Positions 51,074 to 61,884 of a stretch of 64,000 nucleotides of DNA are shown here, in pieces. The translations under genes were made by a program, and so were the position numbers. Every line of letters begins with the position of its first letter. Positions within the stretch are counted from its first letter, which is position 1. Origin of the DNA: an uncultured Pelagibacteraceae bacterium (GTDB lineage: Bacteria > Pseudomonadota > Alphaproteobacteria > Pelagibacterales > AG-422-B15). The stretch lies in NCBI GenBank assembly GCA_902598405.1, contig CACKBQ010000002.1:1780-65779 (forward strand). The letters are read 5' to 3'. A model generated the notes under the pieces. That model ran no database searches, was not told where the DNA came from, and saw only the letters and a program-made list of their open reading frames with translations.

Positions 51074-51841
51074 ATGTTAATTAATTTTATAACTATATTA
51101 GGCTTCAATTTTATCGTCATCACTATTTTGTGGATATCATCCCTTAAAACTAGAAGGGCAGATTTTATTGATATTTACTGGGGTCCTAGTTTCTTTTTTT
51201 CATTTCTATTGGTTCTGATAATAAATAATTCATTTTCTGTTACTGATATAATATGCTTATTTCTAATAGCAATATGGGGTTTTAGACTTGGTATCTATCT
51301 TTTAATTAGAAATGTTAATAAGACTGAGGATATTAGATATGTTAAAATTAGAGAAGCTAGAGGAGATATTGGTCTTTATTTAACAGCTTACTTAATCCAA
51401 ATAATTTTAATTCCAATTATATCATTGCCCCTGATCAGCATTTTAGACACTAGTATTGATCTAAGTTTTGTCCATTGGGTAGGTATATTGATGGCACTTT
51501 CAGGAATTCTTATTGAAACGATAGCTGATATACAATTATCCAAATTTAAATTAGATCGAAATAATATTAATAAAGTTATGGATAAAGGGCTTTGGTATTA
51601 TTCAAGACACCCTAATTATTTCGGGGATAGTCTATTTTGGTGGGGTATTACAATTTACTGTTTTGTATTATCTAACAATTTATTAATTTATATTGCTCCA
51701 ATAATAATGACTTACTTATTACTTAGGGTTTCTGGTGTGACTATGTTAGAAAATAGATTATCAAAAAAGAAGGATGGTTATACTGAATATATAAACTCTA
51801 CTAGCTCTTTTATAATATTGCCAAAGAAAAAATCTAAATGA
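51074..51841 (+). CDS. DUF1295 / steroid 5-alpha reductase-like membrane protein
   Basis: IDIYWG, EDIRY, ETIADIQL, GLWYYSRHPNYFG, VSGVTMLE. Confidence 0.88.
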   Translation: MLINFITILGFNFIVITILWISSLKTRRADFIDIYWGPSFFFSFLLVLIINNSFSVTDIICLFLIAIWGFRLGIYLLIRNVNKTEDIRYVKIREARGDIGLYLTAYLIQIILIPIISLPLISILDTSIDLSFVHWVGILMALSGILIETIADIQLSKFKLDRNNINKVMDKGLWYYSRHPNYFGDSLFWWGITIYCFVLSNNLLIYIAPIIMTYLLLRVSGVTMLENRLSKKKDGYTEYINSTSSFIILPKKKSK

Positions 51842-52845
51842 GTGTATCAGAACTTAAGTATCCAAAAAATAGGTTGCGACGAACTCGTCAAGCTAAATGG
51901 ATTAGAAACCTTACTCAAGAAAGTATGCTTAGTTCAAACGATTTAGTATGGCCAGTTTTTGTATGTGAAGGAAACAATATCAAAGATGAAATTCAATCAA
52001 TGCCTAATGTTTATAGATATTCAATAGACAATTTAAATGAAGTCTATGATATTGCTAGTGAGCATAAAATAAATCTTATAGCTGTATTTCCATTCACGCC
52101 TCAGGAGCTAAAAACAAAATATGGAGATGAAGCGCTAAATCCAGATAATTTAGTTTGTAGGTCTCTTGAAAAGCTTAAGAGTCATAAGTCTGACTTTGGT
52201 ATTATGTGCGATGTTGCATTAGATCCATATACAGATCATGGTCATGATGGATTATTAAGCGATGAAGGTAAAATTCTAAACGACGAAACTAATGGTGTTT
52301 TAGTTAAACAATCTATCCTACTTGCTGAACATGGTGCAGATATAATTGCCCCTTCAGATATGATGGATGGTAGGATTGGCATGATTAGAAACGAGTTAGA
52401 AAAAAATAAATTTGTGGATACTCTCATTTTGTCTTATGCAGCAAAATATTCATCAAACATGTATGCGCCATTTAGAGATGCTGTTGGCTCATCCATGAAT
52501 TTAAAGACAGATAAAAAAACTTACCAGATGAATATATTGAATTCTGATGAAGCAATCAGGGAGGCATCAATGGACATAGCTGAAGGAGCCGATATGGTAA
52601 TGGTAAAGCCTGGAATTAGCTATTTGGATATCATATACAGAATTAAGAATGAACTTAAGTATCCCACATTTGCCTACCAGGTTTCAGGTGAGTACTCACT
52701 CATTAAATTCGGATCACAACAAGGTATTATTAACGAAGAAACTATAGTTATAGAACAATTGTCTTCATTTAAAAGAGCAGGAGCAGATGCAATAATTACT
52801 TATTATGCTCCTGAAGTTTCAAAATTTTTAAAACTAATTGATTAA
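51838..52845 (+). CDS. hemB: Porphobilinogen synthase (Zn-independent type)
   Basis: RLRR, DVALDPYTDHGHDG, SDMMDGR, YAPFRDA, MVKPG, YQVSGEY. Confidence 0.97.
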   Translation: MSVSELKYPKNRLRRTRQAKWIRNLTQESMLSSNDLVWPVFVCEGNNIKDEIQSMPNVYRYSIDNLNEVYDIASEHKINLIAVFPFTPQELKTKYGDEALNPDNLVCRSLEKLKSHKSDFGIMCDVALDPYTDHGHDGLLSDEGKILNDETNGVLVKQSILLAEHGADIIAPSDMMDGRIGMIRNELEKNKFVDTLILSYAAKYSSNMYAPFRDAVGSSMNLKTDKKTYQMNILNSDEAIREASMDIAEGADMVMVKPGISYLDIIYRIKNELKYPTFAYQVSGEYSLIKFGSQQGIINEETIVIEQLSSFKRAGADAIITYYAPEVSKFLKLID

Positions 52846-53697
52846 ACGTTTTATTAAACTTGATGTATCAAGTTTATTTCCGCCTAAATCTTGAATATCG
52901 CTATAGAATTTATCGACAATTTTAGTCACCTCTAAATTAATGCCATGCGTATCTGCTTCTGCAAATGCAATTGAAAGATCTTTTCTCATTAAATCAACTG
53001 CAAAACCAAAGTCGAATTCTCCCGCTACCATTGATTTAAAACGATTATCCATTTGCCATGATTGTGCTGCGCCTGATGAAATTACTTCCAATACATCGTC
53101 AGGGTTTAAATCGGTCTGCTTCATAAAATAAATAGACTCTGATAAGCCCTGAACTAGTCCTGCAATACAAATTTGATTAATTATTTTCGTTAGCTGACCA
53201 GATCCTGAAGTGCCCATATATTTTATTTTTTTTCCATATGATCCTAATATTTCAATACTTCTTTCATATGCCTTCTCTGAACCTCCAATCATTATACTTA
53301 ATTGGCCTTTTTCCGCTCCTGCTTGTCCACCTGAAATTGGGGCATCAAGAAAACTTACACCTAAATTTTCTAAGTTTTTTTCTACTTCTCTTACAATTCT
53401 TGGTGATACAGTTGAATGATCAATGAATATTGACTTTTCTTTAAGAGAGTTTAGGCACCCTTTATCTATTGAGGTTATTTCTTTTAAATCTTCATCGTTG
53501 CCTACACATGAAATAATAAAATCATATTTTTGATTAGTTTCTGATAATTTATCAATAACTTTCCCTTTATAATTTTTGATCCAGTTATCACATTTACTTT
53601 TTGTACGATTATAAATGGAAACATCATGTTTTTTTGATAGGTAGCCAGCCATTGGAGAGCCCATTTTCCCAATCCCTATAAAAAGAATGTTATACAT
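52834..53697 (-). CDS. NAD(P)-dependent beta-hydroxyacid dehydrogenase (3-hydroxyisobutyrate dehydrogenase family)
   Basis: FIGIGKMG, DAPISGGQAGA, GSGQLTK..NQ, GFAVDLMRKDL. Confidence 0.9.
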   Translation of the reverse strand: MYNILFIGIGKMGSPMAGYLSKKHDVSIYNRTKSKCDNWIKNYKGKVIDKLSETNQKYDFIISCVGNDEDLKEITSIDKGCLNSLKEKSIFIDHSTVSPRIVREVEKNLENLGVSFLDAPISGGQAGAEKGQLSIMIGGSEKAYERSIEILGSYGKKIKYMGTSGSGQLTKIINQICIAGLVQGLSESIYFMKQTDLNPDDVLEVISSGAAQSWQMDNRFKSMVAGEFDFGFAVDLMRKDLSIAFAEADTHGINLEVTKIVDKFYSDIQDLGGNKLDTSSLIKRLIN

Positions 53698-54979
53698 TGA
53701 AAATATCCATCATTCTTTGCATAGAGCTTATAGTTACAAGCAAAGGCATCCTTAATAATCTTCCTCCAGGAAAATTTTTGTGTTTAATCTTTTCAAACGC
53801 CTCGAGCTCCTTTGTTTTTTCACTTACCATATTTTCTGCTAAAATCTTTCCAGCTATTCCAGTTAATGCAACTCCATGTCCTGAGAAGCCTTGGGCATAA
53901 TAAATTTTATCATTCACCATCCCGATGTCAGGCACTCTATTCATTGTTAGCGCTATTAATCCACCCCAGATATAGTCAATTTTTAATTCACTTAAATTTG
54001 GATACACTTTATTTAATTGCCTCTTGGTTCTTTTTTTTAATCCCTCTACAATCTTTAGTGAATAGCCTACTGCACCACCAAATATCATTCTCTTGCTGTC
54101 AGATAATCTATAATAATTTAAATCAAAATTTGTATCACTAACGCAATAATCGTTTGGCAGTATTTCTCTCTGTAAATTTTGACTTAATGGCTCAGTACAG
54201 ACAATATAAGTAGCACATGGCATTATTCTATTTTCAATACCTAAATTTAGACCTTTTATATAGGCGTTGCAACATACTGCTATTTTTTTAGCTTTTACCA
54301 TCCCTCTATCTGTAAGAACCTCAACCGCATGACTTGTTTGATTAATCTTAGTAACCACAGATCTTTCATAGAGTTTTACATTTAATTTTTCTGCCGCTTT
54401 TACCAAACCCAATGCATATTTAATTGGATGTAAATGCCCCGCCCCTTTATCAAGGACACCCCCGTAGTAAAGTGATGAACCAATTTCTTTATCGATACTA
54501 TTTTTGTCAAGGAGTTCTAAATTATTATAGTTGTATGTTTTTATTTTATACTCTCTATTTTCTTCATACTCTCTAAGTTTGGCCGCGCTAGTAGCGGCAC
54601 TAATTCCCCCATTTTTTTTATCACATTCAATGCCAAATTCCCTTATTCTGTCATCAATTAAATCTACAGAAGCTTGAGATATATCCCAGATTTGCCTTGC
54701 AAGTTTAATTCCATATTTCTTCTCAATTACGTCTATACCCCATGATACGTCATTCCAGATTTGGCCTCCATTTCTGCCCGAAGCGCCCCATCCAAATAAA
54801 TTTTGCTCAATTACAATTACCTTTAGTCCTTTTTTTACAGCCTCAATAGCTGTTGATAGTCCTGAAAAGCCTCCGCCGACTACACAGATGTCACACTCAT
54901 GATTATCAATTAGTTGATCATAAGGTTTCTTAAGGGCCTCTATATTTTGTACATAGTAACTGTCTGGATAGTTTTCCAT
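53690..54979 (-). CDS. FAD-dependent oxidoreductase, PuuB/OrdL (gamma-glutamylputrescine oxidase)-like
   Basis: VVGGGFSG, GWGASGRNGGQ, GHLHP, LNYYRLS, GFSGHGV, FPGGRLLR. Confidence 0.82.
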   Translation of the reverse strand: MENYPDSYYVQNIEALKKPYDQLIDNHECDICVVGGGFSGLSTAIEAVKKGLKVIVIEQNLFGWGASGRNGGQIWNDVSWGIDVIEKKYGIKLARQIWDISQASVDLIDDRIREFGIECDKKNGGISAATSAAKLREYEENREYKIKTYNYNNLELLDKNSIDKEIGSSLYYGGVLDKGAGHLHPIKYALGLVKAAEKLNVKLYERSVVTKINQTSHAVEVLTDRGMVKAKKIAVCCNAYIKGLNLGIENRIMPCATYIVCTEPLSQNLQREILPNDYCVSDTNFDLNYYRLSDSKRMIFGGAVGYSLKIVEGLKKRTKRQLNKVYPNLSELKIDYIWGGLIALTMNRVPDIGMVNDKIYYAQGFSGHGVALTGIAGKILAENMVSEKTKELEAFEKIKHKNFPGGRLLRMPLLVTISSMQRMMDIFNV

Positions 54980-54997
54980 ATAAAACTAAGATAGATA

Positions 54998-57202
54998 TTA
55001 AATTTTGGAATGTAAACTTTTAGGTTCAATTTTACCAGAATGAGTTCTTTTACCCAGCCATTTTTTTATTTCATTGGCCGCCAAAAGAGTTTTACCATTA
55101 TTCTCATTTAAAATACCTTCCTTAGAGTCAAAGCAAATACCGCTCAAAGTTTTTCCACTTTTGAATTTCTGTAATGTCACCCCTCTTCCTTTTTGCATTA
55201 AAGGTATTTCTGAATGATCAAAAATTAGGAGTTTTACCGCTTTCTTTTCACCGCTAAAAACAGCTATTAAGTCTCCTTTTTTTTGAAAACAGGAGATGGC
55301 TTTTTCATTACCTTTTAAATTCATAACCCTTTTCCCCGATTTAGTAGACGCCATTAAATCTGAGGTATTTACAAAAAATCCCTTGCCTGCACTACTGGTA
55401 ATTAGATATTCCTTCTCTTGCTCATAAGTAGTTGCAAATAAAATTTCTTCATTATCATTTTTATCTATCAATAGACTGACAGGATCGCCAAAACCTCTTC
55501 CTGCAGATATTTTGTTACAATTAATTGTATAGAATTTACCTAACGTAGAAAAAAGCAGAAGTTTACTATTATTTTTTAATTTTATAATAAATTTCTCAGC
55601 ATCTCCTTCTTTATACTTCACGTTTGTATAATCATCCTGATGTCCTTTTATGGTTTTTATCCATCCATTTTTTGAGAGTATCACTGTTACGGGATCTTTA
55701 CTTTCAAATTCTTCAGTCGAGTAGTCAATTTCTTTATATTCTGTATTAACAACAGTTTTTCTATTTGCAGCATTTTCATCTTTTGAAAATATTTCTAAAC
55801 TTTTTGTGAATTCTAAATTTAATTCCTTTATTTGCTCTTTTTTTGATTTTAGTAGTTTGTTTAATTCTTTCTTGTATGTATTCAAATCTTCATTTTCTTT
55901 TTTAATTTCTTTTTCTTCTAATTTTTTTAATTGCCTTAGCCTCATTGCTAATATTGCTTCGGCTTGCCTCTTATTTATTTTAAATACGCTAGTCAACTTT
56001 TTCTCAGGATCTGCTTCAGTTCTAATAATTTTAATTACTTTGTTTAAATTTTTATAAACTATTAAAAAACCTTTGAGTATTTCAAGCCTATTCTCAGTTT
56101 GAATTAATCGATACTTTGTTCTTCTTTTTAAAACATTAAACCGATGGTCAATAAATGATTTTAAGCTATCTTTAAGTGAAAATAATTTTGGCTCGAGTTT
56201 GTGATTGATTGCATTAAAATTGATGGCGTATCTAATTTCTAAATCTGAATTCTTACATAAGTCCTCAAAAATTACTTCAGCTTTAAAACTTCTATTTTTT
56301 GGAATGAGAACTATTCTGATGTCTTCTGCAGACTCATCTTGAATTGCCTCTAGGTAATTTGCTTTCTTATTATCAATAAGATCAGATATTTTTTCTATAA
56401 TTCTGGCTTTATTTACTTGATAGGGAATTTCATAGACGACAATTTGATATTGACCTCTTCCAAGGTCTTCTTTTTTCCATCTTGCCCGAAGCCTAATTGT
56501 TCCCTTTCCTTTGAAATAGGCATCTTTCAATGCATCATCACTATTAATGATTTCTCCTCCTGTTGGAAAATCTGGTCCTGGAATAAGCTTTAGTAATTGT
56601 GAGTTAGTATAATTTGGATTTTTTAATAATTTTGATAAAGCCTTAAACAATTCATTGATGTTATGGGGAGGAATATTTGTGGCCATTCCAACTGCAATTC
56701 CTGAACTTCCATTAGCTAGCAAATTTGGAAACGCTGATGGAAGAACTATTGGCTCGTGATCGATGCCATCATATGTATTAATATAATCAATGGTATCCTC
56801 TGATATATCTTTTAGCATTAGCTCTGCTAACGCTGTCAATCTTGCCTCTGTATATCTCATTGCAGCTGCATTATCTCCATCAATGTTGCCAAAATTTCCT
56901 TGACCATCAACTAACGGATACCTTGTTGAAAAATTCTGAGCCAATCTCACGAGTGCTTCATAAACAGACTGATCTCCGTGTGGGTGAAATTTACCAATTA
57001 CATCGCCAACTATTCTTGCTGATTTCTTAAAACCAGAACTTGAGTTTAACCTTAATTGAAACATTGCAAACAATAGTCTTCTATGAACCGGCTTTAGCCC
57101 ATCACGAATATCTGGTAGCGCTCGATGAGTAATTGTTGAAAGTGCGTATGCTAGATACTTTTCTTCTAACGCATCAGTGAAGTTAATGTTTTTAATTTTC
57201 AT
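54998..57202 (-). CDS. parC: DNA topoisomerase IV subunit A
   Basis: [36 protein letters not shown], short C-terminal domain; follows recO. Confidence 0.95.
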   Translation of the reverse strand: MKIKNINFTDALEEKYLAYALSTITHRALPDIRDGLKPVHRRLLFAMFQLRLNSSSGFKKSARIVGDVIGKFHPHGDQSVYEALVRLAQNFSTRYPLVDGQGNFGNIDGDNAAAMRYTEARLTALAELMLKDISEDTIDYINTYDGIDHEPIVLPSAFPNLLANGSSGIAVGMATNIPPHNINELFKALSKLLKNPNYTNSQLLKLIPGPDFPTGGEIINSDDALKDAYFKGKGTIRLRARWKKEDLGRGQYQIVVYEIPYQVNKARIIEKISDLIDNKKANYLEAIQDESAEDIRIVLIPKNRSFKAEVIFEDLCKNSDLEIRYAINFNAINHKLEPKLFSLKDSLKSFIDHRFNVLKRRTKYRLIQTENRLEILKGFLIVYKNLNKVIKIIRTEADPEKKLTSVFKINKRQAEAILAMRLRQLKKLEEKEIKKENEDLNTYKKELNKLLKSKKEQIKELNLEFTKSLEIFSKDENAANRKTVVNTEYKEIDYSTEEFESKDPVTVILSKNGWIKTIKGHQDDYTNVKYKEGDAEKFIIKLKNNSKLLLFSTLGKFYTINCNKISAGRGFGDPVSLLIDKNDNEEILFATTYEQEKEYLITSSAGKGFFVNTSDLMASTKSGKRVMNLKGNEKAISCFQKKGDLIAVFSGEKKAVKLLIFDHSEIPLMQKGRGVTLQKFKSGKTLSGICFDSKEGILNENNGKTLLAANEIKKWLGKRTHSGKIEPKSLHSKI

Positions 57203-57921
57203 TTTATAATCGAAATTTTTAAATGATTCCTGCTTTTTGGGAAATTAAGATTATTTGGCTCATAAAATCTCTTACGAAAAAAATGCTCTGTCAGACTAAG
57301 TGCATTCTCTAAATCCTCATTATTATATTCAGACGACCTGTTGATTAAAAAGTTGGGTAGTTTAAATAGTTTATCTTTATAAGATCCTGCTCCTTCTATG
57401 GTTACAGCCCTTCCACTACTTGGCGAAACAAACTTTAAATTTTCTTTCTCAGATGTTACTGCGCATTCAGTTAAATCTAGGCCGTAACCGATATCTGACA
57501 GTAAATCAATTTCCCAAAAAATATAACTTTTGATCCAATCTTCTTTATTTTTACATATATCTTTTATTAGACTTAGTGACTTTTCATACATAAGCGTATT
57601 TTGCTGTTTCTCTGCCATAGTAGATATAATTATTGAACAAATAGAATTTATGCCATGTAAATTTAATTTACGATTCAGTATATAAGATGACCACAATTTA
57701 ATAGGTTCAACAGTATAATTACCCAAGTGACTTTCTAAACGTCCAGACCAATTTAACATTACTTCATTACCTGGCTCTATTACTGCACGTAAGTTTTTTG
57801 AATGTATTCCTCTAATTAATCCCTTATGTCTTCCATGGTCTTCTGTAAACGCTTCTAAAATATAGGATGACTCATTATATTTTTTAAATCCTAATACAAA
57901 TCCTGTTCCAGACCACCTCAT
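57199..57921 (-). CDS. recO: DNA repair protein RecO
   Basis: [31 protein letters not shown]. Confidence 0.92.
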   Translation of the reverse strand: MRWSGTGFVLGFKKYNESSYILEAFTEDHGRHKGLIRGIHSKNLRAVIEPGNEVMLNWSGRLESHLGNYTVEPIKLWSSYILNRKLNLHGINSICSIIISTMAEKQQNTLMYEKSLSLIKDICKNKEDWIKSYIFWEIDLLSDIGYGLDLTECAVTSEKENLKFVSPSSGRAVTIEGAGSYKDKLFKLPNFLINRSSEYNNEDLENALSLTEHFFRKRFYEPNNLNFPKSRNHLKISIIK

Positions 57922-58766
57922 ATTTTCTTTTCTTTAACCAGCTTTACAAATAAAAATAGGTGAATCTTTTTGTTTTCAAATCTTGCAATTTCTTTTCTTG
58001 AAGCTTGACCAATTTCTTTCAACATTGAACCTTTCTTTCCAACAAGTATATTCTTATGTGATTGTCTTTTAACTACAATCGATTGGTATATTTTGATTTG
58101 ACTTGCAACCTTATTAATCTTTTCAGTTACGACATCACACTGATAAGGTATCTCTCTATGTATCTTATCTAGTATTTTTTCTCGTGTTACTTCTGAGTAA
58201 AATAGCTTCTTCTTAATCTGTATATTACTAGAAGGCTTACTTTTTATTGAAGTTTTAATTGTAAATTTCTTTGAAAATTTTATGAGATTTGCAACTCCTT
58301 CACCTGTGAGACTTGAGATTGGAAATATTTCATTAAATATTTTTTCTTTTGAATAAAATTTAATTGCGCTAAGTACTTTATCTTTCTTAACTTTGTCTAT
58401 TTTATTTAGTATTAGAAATACATGCTGTTTTTCAATTTTATTTTCTAGAGAGTTAATAATTTTTTTATATTCATTACTAATTCTTAACGAAATATCTACG
58501 ACAACATAAATTAAATCTGATGTCTCAATTTCCGCAAAGGGAGATGAAATGATATTATTATTAATTTTTTTTCTACTCGAAAAAAAGCCTGGAGTATCTT
58601 GGATAATAAATTCGTTTTCAGAGAATTTCTTATAGACCTTTTGATTAAATGTAGTTGACTGTTTTTTCCTTGAAACAAGTGATACCCGCTGTCCCATTAT
58701 TTTATTAACAAGAGATGACTTTCCAGAATTTGTTGGTCCAATTAATACAATGCTTCCACTCTTCAT
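57918..58766 (-). CDS. era: GTPase Era (divergent)
   Basis: GPTNSGKS, DTPG, NKID, EVTREK, EIPY, KH-like VGKKG; rnc-era-recO synteny. Confidence 0.88.
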   Translation of the reverse strand: MKSGSIVLIGPTNSGKSSLVNKIMGQRVSLVSRKKQSTTFNQKVYKKFSENEFIIQDTPGFFSSRKKINNNIISSPFAEIETSDLIYVVVDISLRISNEYKKIINSLENKIEKQHVFLILNKIDKVKKDKVLSAIKFYSKEKIFNEIFPISSLTGEGVANLIKFSKKFTIKTSIKSKPSSNIQIKKKLFYSEVTREKILDKIHREIPYQCDVVTEKINKVASQIKIYQSIVVKRQSHKNILVGKKGSMLKEIGQASRKEIARFENKKIHLFLFVKLVKEKKI

Positions 58767-59443
58767 TTAATAGAATTTATCTTATTTTTCTCTATGAAAG
58801 CAAGTGCAGCATTTTTTTCTGATTCTTTTATTGATGAAGAAGTTCCTATTGCTTTTTTATAATTCATAAATTCAACTTGAATTTTAAATTTAGGATTATG
58901 GTCAGGACCAGTTTTACTGATTGTTTTATACTTAGGAAGGGTTTTATATTTTTTTAGAGTCCACTCTTGTAGCTTTGATTTTGCATCAATAATATCTTCA
59001 GCAATATTATCAAACTTCGTTTTCCATAATGCTAATATAACTTTTCTTACTTGAGTAAAACTAGAGTCTAAATATATTGCTCCCAACAATGCTTCACATG
59101 CATCAGATAGAATACTTTTTTTATTGTTACCGCGTGATGATTTTTCAGTTTGTCCTAAAAGAATAAAATCTCCAAGGGATATTTTTTTTGCTATTTCATG
59201 GCAGGCATTTCTGTCTACCAGACTACTTAACATTTTGTCTAGAGAACCCTCTTGTTTACCTGGTTTATCTATTAAAAGTTTTTCTGAAATTACTAATCCT
59301 AACACCCTATCACCGAGAAATTCTAAATTTTCATTACTTTCTAATTTTTTGAAACTCTTATGTGTGACTGCCCTTTTTAATAGGGTTTTGTCTTTAAATT
59401 TGTAGGAAATTTTTTTTTCTAAAATTGATAAATTTTTTGCCAT
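58763..59443 (-). CDS. rnc: Ribonuclease III
   Basis: NENLEFLGDRVL, DACEALLGAIYLD, dsRBD with GPDH. Confidence 0.96.
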   Translation of the reverse strand: MAKNLSILEKKISYKFKDKTLLKRAVTHKSFKKLESNENLEFLGDRVLGLVISEKLLIDKPGKQEGSLDKMLSSLVDRNACHEIAKKISLGDFILLGQTEKSSRGNNKKSILSDACEALLGAIYLDSSFTQVRKVILALWKTKFDNIAEDIIDAKSKLQEWTLKKYKTLPKYKTISKTGPDHNPKFKIQVEFMNYKKAIGTSSSIKESEKNAALAFIEKNKINSIK

Positions 59444-60177
59444 TAACTTATTAGCTTAAGCAACCTTTTGAATTGTATATCAAAAGGCCACTTCCAAATT
59501 TCATAAAATTTTGAACCACCTTCAGTTGAAAAAAATATAATTTGTGCCTTGCCTACTAATCTATCAAAATTTACAGAGCCCCAAAATCGGCTATCATTTG
59601 AATTATCTCTATTATCACCTAGGAAAAAGTAACTGTCGTTAGGAACAATTATTTCATTAGTATTATCGCCAGGGGATCCGTCTATATAGTTATAAATTTC
59701 ATATGATTTTCCATTTGGTAAAGTTTCGATGAGAACTCTTGCTTTTACTACGCGTCCATTTTTTAAAATTTTCGTATCCTCTCTTAATTCTTTATATTTA
59801 GCGCTTTCACCATTAATGATTAATTTACCATCTGTAACTTTAATTATGTCACCCGGCATACCTACTAATCTTTTAATATAGTCCAAATTAGTATGAGGCG
59901 GTTTAAATATTATAACATCTCCTCTTTCTGGATTTGTTGATAAAACTCGATCTGATATTGGCCCAAGACTAAACGGAAATGAATGTTTACTGTAGCCATA
60001 ATCGTACTTTGAAGCAAATAACCGATCACCAATAAGTAAGTTTGGCTCCATCGAGGAAGAGGGAATAAAAAATGGTTGGAATAAGAAAGTTCTGATCAAT
60101 AAAGCTATTAACAATGCATAAATTAATGTTAACAAATTTGATTTAAACCATGATTTACTAAGAAATTTATCGGTCAT
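59443..60177 (-). CDS. lepB: Signal peptidase I
   Basis: IPSSSM, YIKRLVG, GDNRDNSNDSR. Confidence 0.96.
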   Translation of the reverse strand: MTDKFLSKSWFKSNLLTLIYALLIALLIRTFLFQPFFIPSSSMEPNLLIGDRLFASKYDYGYSKHSFPFSLGPISDRVLSTNPERGDVIIFKPPHTNLDYIKRLVGMPGDIIKVTDGKLIINGESAKYKELREDTKILKNGRVVKARVLIETLPNGKSYEIYNYIDGSPGDNTNEIIVPNDSYFFLGDNRDNSNDSRFWGSVNFDRLVGKAQIIFFSTEGGSKFYEIWKWPFDIQFKRLLKLIS

Positions 60178-60181
60178 TTAA

Positions 60182-60562
60182 TTAATTAATTGTTACAATT
60201 GCTTGAGCGTAAGGAAACTCATCAGTAATTGTTAAACTTATGTCTGGCTCCTTATCTTTCGCAATTTTTTTGAGTTGAAGTTGAGAATTTCCATGAAAAG
60301 TAATCGTAGGTTTTCCTGAAGGTAGATTGGTAACTTCTAAATCTCTCCAAAATACTCCTTTTCTAAATCCTGTACCAAGAGCCTTTGCCGCAGCTTCCTT
60401 GGCTGCAAACCTTTTAGCATAACAAGCTGCACTTTCTTTTCTTCTTTCACATTTTTTTATCTCATTTTCTGTAAAAATTCTTTTTTTAAATCTATCTCCA
60501 AACTTTGAAAGCGTTTTTTCTATTCTGCGAATATCAATTAAATCTGATCCTAGGCCTATCAC
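60182..60562 (-). CDS. acpS: Holo-ACP synthase
   Basis: GLGSD, RFAAKEA, KALGTG, GKP, SLTITD. Confidence 0.95.
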   Translation of the reverse strand: MIGLGSDLIDIRRIEKTLSKFGDRFKKRIFTENEIKKCERRKESAACYAKRFAAKEAAAKALGTGFRKGVFWRDLEVTNLPSGKPTITFHGNSQLQLKKIAKDKEPDISLTITDEFPYAQAIVTIN

Positions 60563-61299
60563 TGAATTTCTCTTCCTTTTTTAATCAGTTCTCTAAATTT
60601 ACTTATTGATTTTTCTAGTCCAAGAAAAACTGACTCAGAAATGATAAAATGTCCAATGTTAAACTCTTTAACTTCCTTTATCTTAGATAGTTCCCCTACA
60701 GAATCGAATGTTATTCCGTGACCAAAATGTAATTCAAGTCCAATGCTATTACTAAAATCTGCTGCTTCTCTAATTCGTTCAAGTTCTGATGAAGCATCTT
60801 CATTATAGTTTATTTTACGGCAAAATTCTCCCGTATGAAGCTCTACAATGTCAGCGCCAATCTCTTTGGCCATTTTGATTTGGTCTATTGATGCGTCTAT
60901 GAACAAAGAGACCCTTATGTTATTTTTTTTTATCTTTTCAATTTTTGGTACGAGAATATTATGATTACTTCTTACATCTATTCCGCCTTCAGTGGTTATT
61001 TCTTCTCTTTTTTCTGGAACAATACAACATGCATTCGGACCTGCATTCACCGCAATGTTAACCATTTCATCGGTTGGTGCCATTTCAAAATTTAATGGAA
61101 TGGAAATGTTCTCAATAATTTCATTAATATCATCGTCTCTTATATGACGCCTATCTTCTCTTAGATGCGTAGTTATGCCATCTGCTCCATATTCTTGGCA
61201 CAAAAGAGCAGCTCTTAATGGGCTTGGATAGTTTTCTCCTCTGGCATTTCTAAGAGTTGCTACGTGATCAATATTTATACCAAGACGAGGTAGGGTCAT
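60559..61299 (-). CDS. pdxJ: Pyridoxine 5'-phosphate synthase
   Basis: LGINIDHVATLRNAR, HLREDRRHI, VPEKREEITTEGG, ELHTG, NIGH. Confidence 0.97.
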   Translation of the reverse strand: MTLPRLGINIDHVATLRNARGENYPSPLRAALLCQEYGADGITTHLREDRRHIRDDDINEIIENISIPLNFEMAPTDEMVNIAVNAGPNACCIVPEKREEITTEGGIDVRSNHNILVPKIEKIKKNNIRVSLFIDASIDQIKMAKEIGADIVELHTGEFCRKINYNEDASSELERIREAADFSNSIGLELHFGHGITFDSVGELSKIKEVKEFNIGHFIISESVFLGLEKSISKFRELIKKGREIQ

Positions 61300-61884
61300 T
61301 TATATTACTCTACTACCAGGTTTTGTTGCAGGTATTTTTTTAAGATCGTCTGGGAGGTTGTTGGGATCATAAATTGGAATATCTAGTTTTAGGACTGATA
61401 TTACATTGTGATCTTTAAATAATTTATGATTTGAACGATCAACGATTGCTGCGATGCCTAATAAATTAACATTTAGGGGTTTTAGTTTTTCTAAACATTC
61501 ATTTGATGATTTCCCTGTCGTAATTACATCCTCGACGAATAAGACGTTTGCATTTTCCTTAATATTAAAGCCTCTCCTCAATTCAAATTTGTTATCGACT
61601 CTCTCATAGAATATAAATTTAGATCCTAAAGATCTTGCAAGCTCATAACCTACGAGAAGACCTCCTAAAGCAGGTGAAATCACATAATCAATCTCGTCAT
61701 CAATATTTTCTTGCACCCTGTGCTTTAACTCTTCGCAGACCATCTCTCCATTTTGAGGGTCTTCAAATAACTTTGAACACTGGCAGTAAATTTTGGATCT
61801 TTTTCCCGATGAAAGTATAAAATGTCCATTCTGAATAGCTTCTACTTTTTCAAAAAAATCTTTTATTTCTTTTTCAGTCTTCAT
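61300..61884 (-). CDS. pyrE: Orotate phosphoribosyltransferase
   Basis: GHFILSSG, PRPP motif VEDVITTG, PATKPGSR. Confidence 0.94.
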   Translation of the reverse strand: MKTEKEIKDFFEKVEAIQNGHFILSSGKRSKIYCQCSKLFEDPQNGEMVCEELKHRVQENIDDEIDYVISPALGGLLVGYELARSLGSKFIFYERVDNKFELRRGFNIKENANVLFVEDVITTGKSSNECLEKLKPLNVNLLGIAAIVDRSNHKLFKDHNVISVLKLDIPIYDPNNLPDDLKKIPATKPGSRVI

